Shown here piece by piece: positions 59,329 through 64,000 of a stretch of DNA of 64,000 bases. The stretch is from Chiloscyllium plagiosum (taxonomy: Eukaryota). The DNA is taken from positions 15,017,585 to 15,081,584 of the forward strand of contig NC_057752.1 of assembly GCF_004010195.1 (NCBI RefSeq), read 5' to 3'. Positions within the stretch are counted from its first letter, which is position 1, and every line of letters begins with the position of its first letter. The translations under genes and the position numbers were made by a program. The notes under the pieces were generated by a model. The model was not told where the DNA came from, did not search any database, and was given only the letters and a program-made list of their open reading frames with translations.

Positions 59329-59386
59329 GACTACCCAAAAAATCGTCATCCAGGCTGGAGTCGAGGATCAGTGGCCTATCATGCAG
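59329..59386 (+). CDS. SPRYD3: Internal coding exon of SPRY domain-containing protein 3 (58 bp, phase 0 start, phase 1 end)
   Basis: Strong acceptor ttttatttccttttttag|GAC and donor GCAG|gtatga. Translation DYPKNRHPGWSRGSVAYHA(D) matches my recollection of vertebrate SPRYD3 (...LARK-DYPKNRHPGWSRGSVAYHA-DDGKIFHG...). Flanking exons not found in the window. Confidence 0.9.
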
Positions 59387-60504
59387 GTATGAAATTGAAG
59401 TCTGAGCATTTCTGCAAGCCTGGGTCAATGTTCCCCTAAATGCTTCTCTTTGACTGTATAAAGATGGGATTTGGGCTTTGCACACTTGCATTGCTAAACA
59501 GTGCAGCACGATTTGTGTTTGAACAGACCAATACTGTTCATCCTAAACACCCTAGTCCTCCTCTTCAATTGGCACACAACATTCATTGGAACCTTTCCTT
59601 GCTTTCTTTTATACCAGTGGATCTCCCCAAGTGATGCAGTGAGTCTAAAGCATGTAAAAGGGACAATGTTCAAGGAGGTAAATGAGACTTGTCAGAAAGA
59701 TGAGAATTTTGAGGCATATAAACAGATCAAGGAATGTGTGAATAAGCAAATGGTGAAGGGAGAGAAATCAAGGAGGAAGTTTGGTTATGCAAGTGAATGC
59801 CAATTGAGCAATATGGCTGGGCCCAGTGAGGGAAGCTTGAAAACAATGTATTGGAATTAAATGAGAGGAAGACTGCCAGAGGGGCTTCAGGATTTGGCCT
59901 CATGAAGACTAATTTATTGTTGTTCAAGTAATGTTGGATTTCTGTGTTATTGGGGTGACCGTGGCTGCAAATACCAATGTACCGCCACTTGGCAGAAAGG
60001 AAAGAGGAGGGCCCAAGACTGAGCATGGCTAGGGTGGCAGATGGAAATAGGGTGGAGAACCCACACATGTTAGTCAGTAGGTGCCAATTGTCACAAGCCA
60101 ATGGGGGAGCAGAAGTTCTTTTGAAATTATTGGTCACCTCAGCAAGAGTGGTAGTGCAGAGCCCAAGAAGAGGGCAGCTAAGCTGTCTCATGAATGTGGT
60201 AAGACTGCAGTGTATGTGGAAATTATTTTCAAAGCAGGAAAATAAGCAAAATTGTATTTTCAAAGTAATTAATTTTAAAAGTCAGTACCCATTTACCTCT
60301 ATAAAAACAAAATCAGTTGAGAAAGATGTTTATGGTTCAGCAGTACCACCTGTTGTTCAGCTGTTAGAATTACAGCATGATGAATTACAGCAGAATGTAC
60401 AAATGTGGACACAGGCATTTGAATAAAATGTCCTAAGAGATTTGGTTCTGTGAACAGAACTTTTTGTTTTCTTTCATGGGATATAGCCCTAATTGCCATT
60501 GAGT

Positions 60505-60760
60505 CCTCAGCATTTCAAAGTCAGCCAAGTTGCTGTGGGTCTAGACTTAAATGTAAGTCAGACTCCATTAAGTTGGCCAATTTCCTTCCCAAAATGTAAG
60601 AGGTACGAATGAAGCAGGTGGGTTTTTACAACAGTGGTTGATAGTCACCATTTCTGAGCTTTCAATTCCAGATTTATGAATTAACTTTTATGGTAGGATT
60701 TGAACTCATGTGCCAGGGCATTAGTGTGAGTCCACTGGAGTACTAGCAGTTACCACCTGT
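60505..60760 (-). mobile_element. Old tRNA-headed SINE whose body matches the LINE 5' UTR at 9650-9830
   Basis: Reverse B box ggatttgaactc; aaaaacccacctgcttca and gggaaggaaa...cagcaa blocks shared. Confidence 0.5.
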
Positions 60761-63671
60761 AGTGTAATGTACCATGACGCCTCCATCCACTCCATCGATT
60801 TCTGGAAAGTGTACCATTTCCCTGCCACATTTATGTTAGTCGTACCTGACATAACAATAACTGTTCAGTTTGATACTGACACCGTTATTTCTCTGCCATG
60901 GTTCCCAGAACTAGCAGAAGGAAAATGAAAGGTTGAAAACAATGGAAAGTTCCACTGACATTCCATTATCTGGGGATTGATATTTTTGCATATCTCATAT
61001 TTTTTCAAGTGTGCCACCTCAAAGGTATCCATAGAGCTAAGAAATATGCTAACTAGTCATAACTAGTCGTGCTGCTTCTGTCTAACATAGTGAATTGAGT
61101 TGTTGCGTTTTAGGGTCTTCTCTACCTTTACTATGGATTATTGGATTATTTTATCTCCTGTTAGATCATGGCTAGCTGCAGACTTCTCAGAATTTCAAGA
61201 GTGTATGTATTTTTGACGTGGGATCCAAATGAAGCTGTCAATCTTGTGCCAGGAAGTGAACAACACCCCTGTCTGATTGTTATTACTTCCTGTGGCTCCA
61301 CATCATCCTCTCTGACTGGTAGAGCATCAGATTGGACCTTGTTTTAAATTTAAAATGGCCAATGAATTTATTTGCATATGGTAGAGAAGAACTTTGTCAG
61401 ATTAAATACTTTTTTCTAACTGCTCAAGTGGACAAAATAAGATGCAAACAAGCTCTAAGCTAACTTTTTGTAACTACATTTTTAGTACTTTTTTTTAAAA
61501 CCTCCTCCAACTTTGAGTAGCTCAGTAATATTGGCTGAGGATTTTAGTGGAATTTTGTAATCCCTGGGTTTGCTGCTAGATTAATGTAGAGGAGGTCAAC
61601 AGTGTCAAAGGCTGCCAAAGGTGGCCAGGGAAGGAAGTGATCATGATTTTGATGAGGGTTAGGAGAAGAGTGGGAACCTGATTGGTGGTGTGAATTTGGG
61701 TTAGGCAGAATTTAAGGAATGGGACTTATTAACAAAATGGAGATCCAGAAGAGAAGTTTGATCAACACTGCAGTTGAGTGGAACATGATTGAGGGGTGGA
61801 TCTCATGGGCAAGATGAGTGTAGAGATAGCAGTTTGGAGGGAGCGGGATGCGAGACGGGAAAGACACTAGAGAAGATGAGGGTTTACGAAGAGACTGCTT
61901 GGCTTGTTTGTCATGGTAAAGCATCTAATACTTCAGTGAAGTCCTGCGGGGGGAGGCTGCATCATTTGATTTATTTGTTTATTTAATTTAAAAAATCCCA
62001 CATCAGGGGAAGAACAACAGGGGAATTCTCTTTGTACTAATGAGCATTGTTCTGTCAACCAATATCACCAATTCAAATTATATCTGGTTATTTTTCTCCC
62101 GACTATAAGACTTTGTAATTGTGACAATATTTCAGAAGTACTTGATTGTAAAGCATCCTGAGGTTCTGAACAATTACTGCAAGTCTGCTCTTTCCCTCTT
62201 CGTTTCCGTCCTTGTATTGAGAGAAAAGGATCAGGAAGGGAAGGGCAGAGAAATAAGTTACCCATGAGGTTAAATGTCTCATGCTGTTTAAATAAGTGAG
62301 CACTAAGAACTCCTGTGAGGGAAATATCGGGGAAAACAAATTCTGCAAAGGTCGTCAGTCACAGTCTACCTCACCTTCTAGGAAAAACTAGATTCTCAAG
62401 TTTGGTTGACCAGGAACAGAAGTGAACATTTGGGACTAATATCAAACTGTGAAAAGTACTCAGTGAAGTGAATCATAGTTGCAAAACAATCCAGGTAAAT
62501 TGCAGCATGACCTGATGTGCATCTGTCAGAATTACAAGATGAAACATGTAGATCTCCTTGAGGTTATTGTAGTGTTTTAATGAGATTGCCTCATCTCTGC
62601 TGTGTGCCAGGAACCTGCACAGTATGTTGAACTCTTTTGCAGCAGTTGTTGTTGTGACAAGGCTTTCGTGCTGGATGGAACGGAAGTGAGAAATCTGTTC
62701 CCACCCATGCTGCATCTAACTGGGTTTATAATTGTTTTCTGCTCGTTTCCATAGTGATTAGGGAAATATTTACATACGCACAGCAGCTGGATGTGGGCAG
62801 ATGGATGTATGTACAGTGTATACAGATGAAGTCCTGGCTAGATATTTCGTTCACGAGTCCATAAAAGAATTCCAATGCGGGATTGCAGTAACATCGAAAA
62901 TAGAAGCCAAGGGAGGCCATTCAGCCCTTTGAGCCTGCTCCATGATTCAATATGATCATGGCTGATAATCTAACTCACTCCCCTGTTCCCACTTTCTCCC
63001 TATGCTGGCTGATCCATTTAGCTTTAAAAACTGTAGGTATCTCTCTCTTGTAAACATTCAATGTTTTGGCCTCAACTGCTTTCTTGCAGAGATTTCCATA
63101 GGCTCACCACTCTTTAAGTGAAGACATTTCTCCACATCTCAGTCCAAAATGGCTTTGTCTGTCCAAACATCCAACGAGTTAGGAGTAAGCCATTTGGCCC
63201 CATGAATTTGCTCCACCACCCAGGATATCATGGCTGATCTGATTATAACTTCAACACCACTACGAGAGCTAATTTTCAAGGTTAGAGTGAAAAATCTGGA
63301 GCTTGGGCCTGAGTTGGGTAGTTTTATGGAAAGGCTCAGTATAGACTCAATAGGCTAGGTGTTATCCTATGCTGTTAAATTAGATGATGTGGAGGTGCCG
63401 GTAATTTGAGACTTAGACTTGGTTGCAAGTTGATGGATACGTAGAGACAGCAAGACAGCACAGGAAGAGATTTAAAAGAGCCTTTATTTAGAAAAACATT
63501 TCAAAGGCAGTTTACAGGATGTAATCAGTCACAACTACACCACAGTAAACACAGCATTATGACAGGTGACCTAAAACTTGGTGTACGAAATGGATTATCA
63601 TAAAATAGAATCCCTCCCATGTGGAAAGAGGCCATTCAGTCCATAGAGTCTGCACTGACTCTCTAAAGAGC

Positions 63672-64000
63672 ATCCGCAAGAAATTGCAGAGATTTGTGAA
63701 CGTGGCCCAGTCTATCGCAAAAACAGCCTTCCTTCCATTGACTCTGTCTACACTACCCGCTGCTTTGGAAGAGCAGCCAACATAATGAAAGACCCCCTCC
63801 AACCCCAGTTATACACTCTTCCATTGGGCAGATAATACAAAAGTTTGAAAACACAGACCAACAGATTTCAGAACAACTTCTTCCCTGCTGTTATCAGACT
63901 TAGAAACCGACCTCTCTCACATTAGAATTGATCTTTTCCTGCACCTTCTTTGTAGCTGAAACACTATATTCTGCATTCTGCTCTATTACCCTAATGTACT
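63672..64000 (+). mobile_element. Rex1/Babar LINE 3' end
   Basis: RKKLQRFVNVAQSI...LPSIDSVYTTRCFGRAANIMKDP...TNRFQNNFFPAVIRL. Confidence 0.8.

Noticed and set aside
59501..60426. ORFs of 119-178 aa downstream of the SPRYD3 exon
   Set aside because: No SPRY motifs or recognisable domains; likely chance frames or very old repeat sequence.

Overview
Eukaryotic, transposon-saturated intronic DNA from a cartilaginous fish. HE1-type SINEs, HER1/CR1 LINEs and DeuSINE remnants point to a shark; the species cannot be fixed from sequence alone. The only host coding sequence I can support is one 58-bp + strand exon (59329-59386, DYPKNRHPGWSRGSVAYHA), which matches my recollection of the second SPRY domain of SPRYD3. 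If so, the rest of the window is SPRYD3 intron. Nearly all six-frame ORFs are fragments of CR1, L2, Rex1/Babar or Penelope-like (PLE) retroelements, or noise. The most striking hidden structure is roughly 20 minimal hammerhead-ribozyme (HHR) motifs, intact or decayed, in PLE terminal repeats (pLTRs) of several families; their helix I shows compensatory covariation. Many sit in short (55-500 bp) head-to-head insertions with a stereotyped architecture: an 11-15 bp target-site duplication, one arm running to the 3' tail, and a second inverted arm stopping 28-36 nt short of the tail, often at a microhomology with the target. A decayed ~2.1-kb Neptune-type PLE (RT + GIY-YIG) carrying the same pLTR/HHR is present as a candidate driver lineage. 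Family names come from recognised motifs, not database searches; boundaries of old repeats are approximate.
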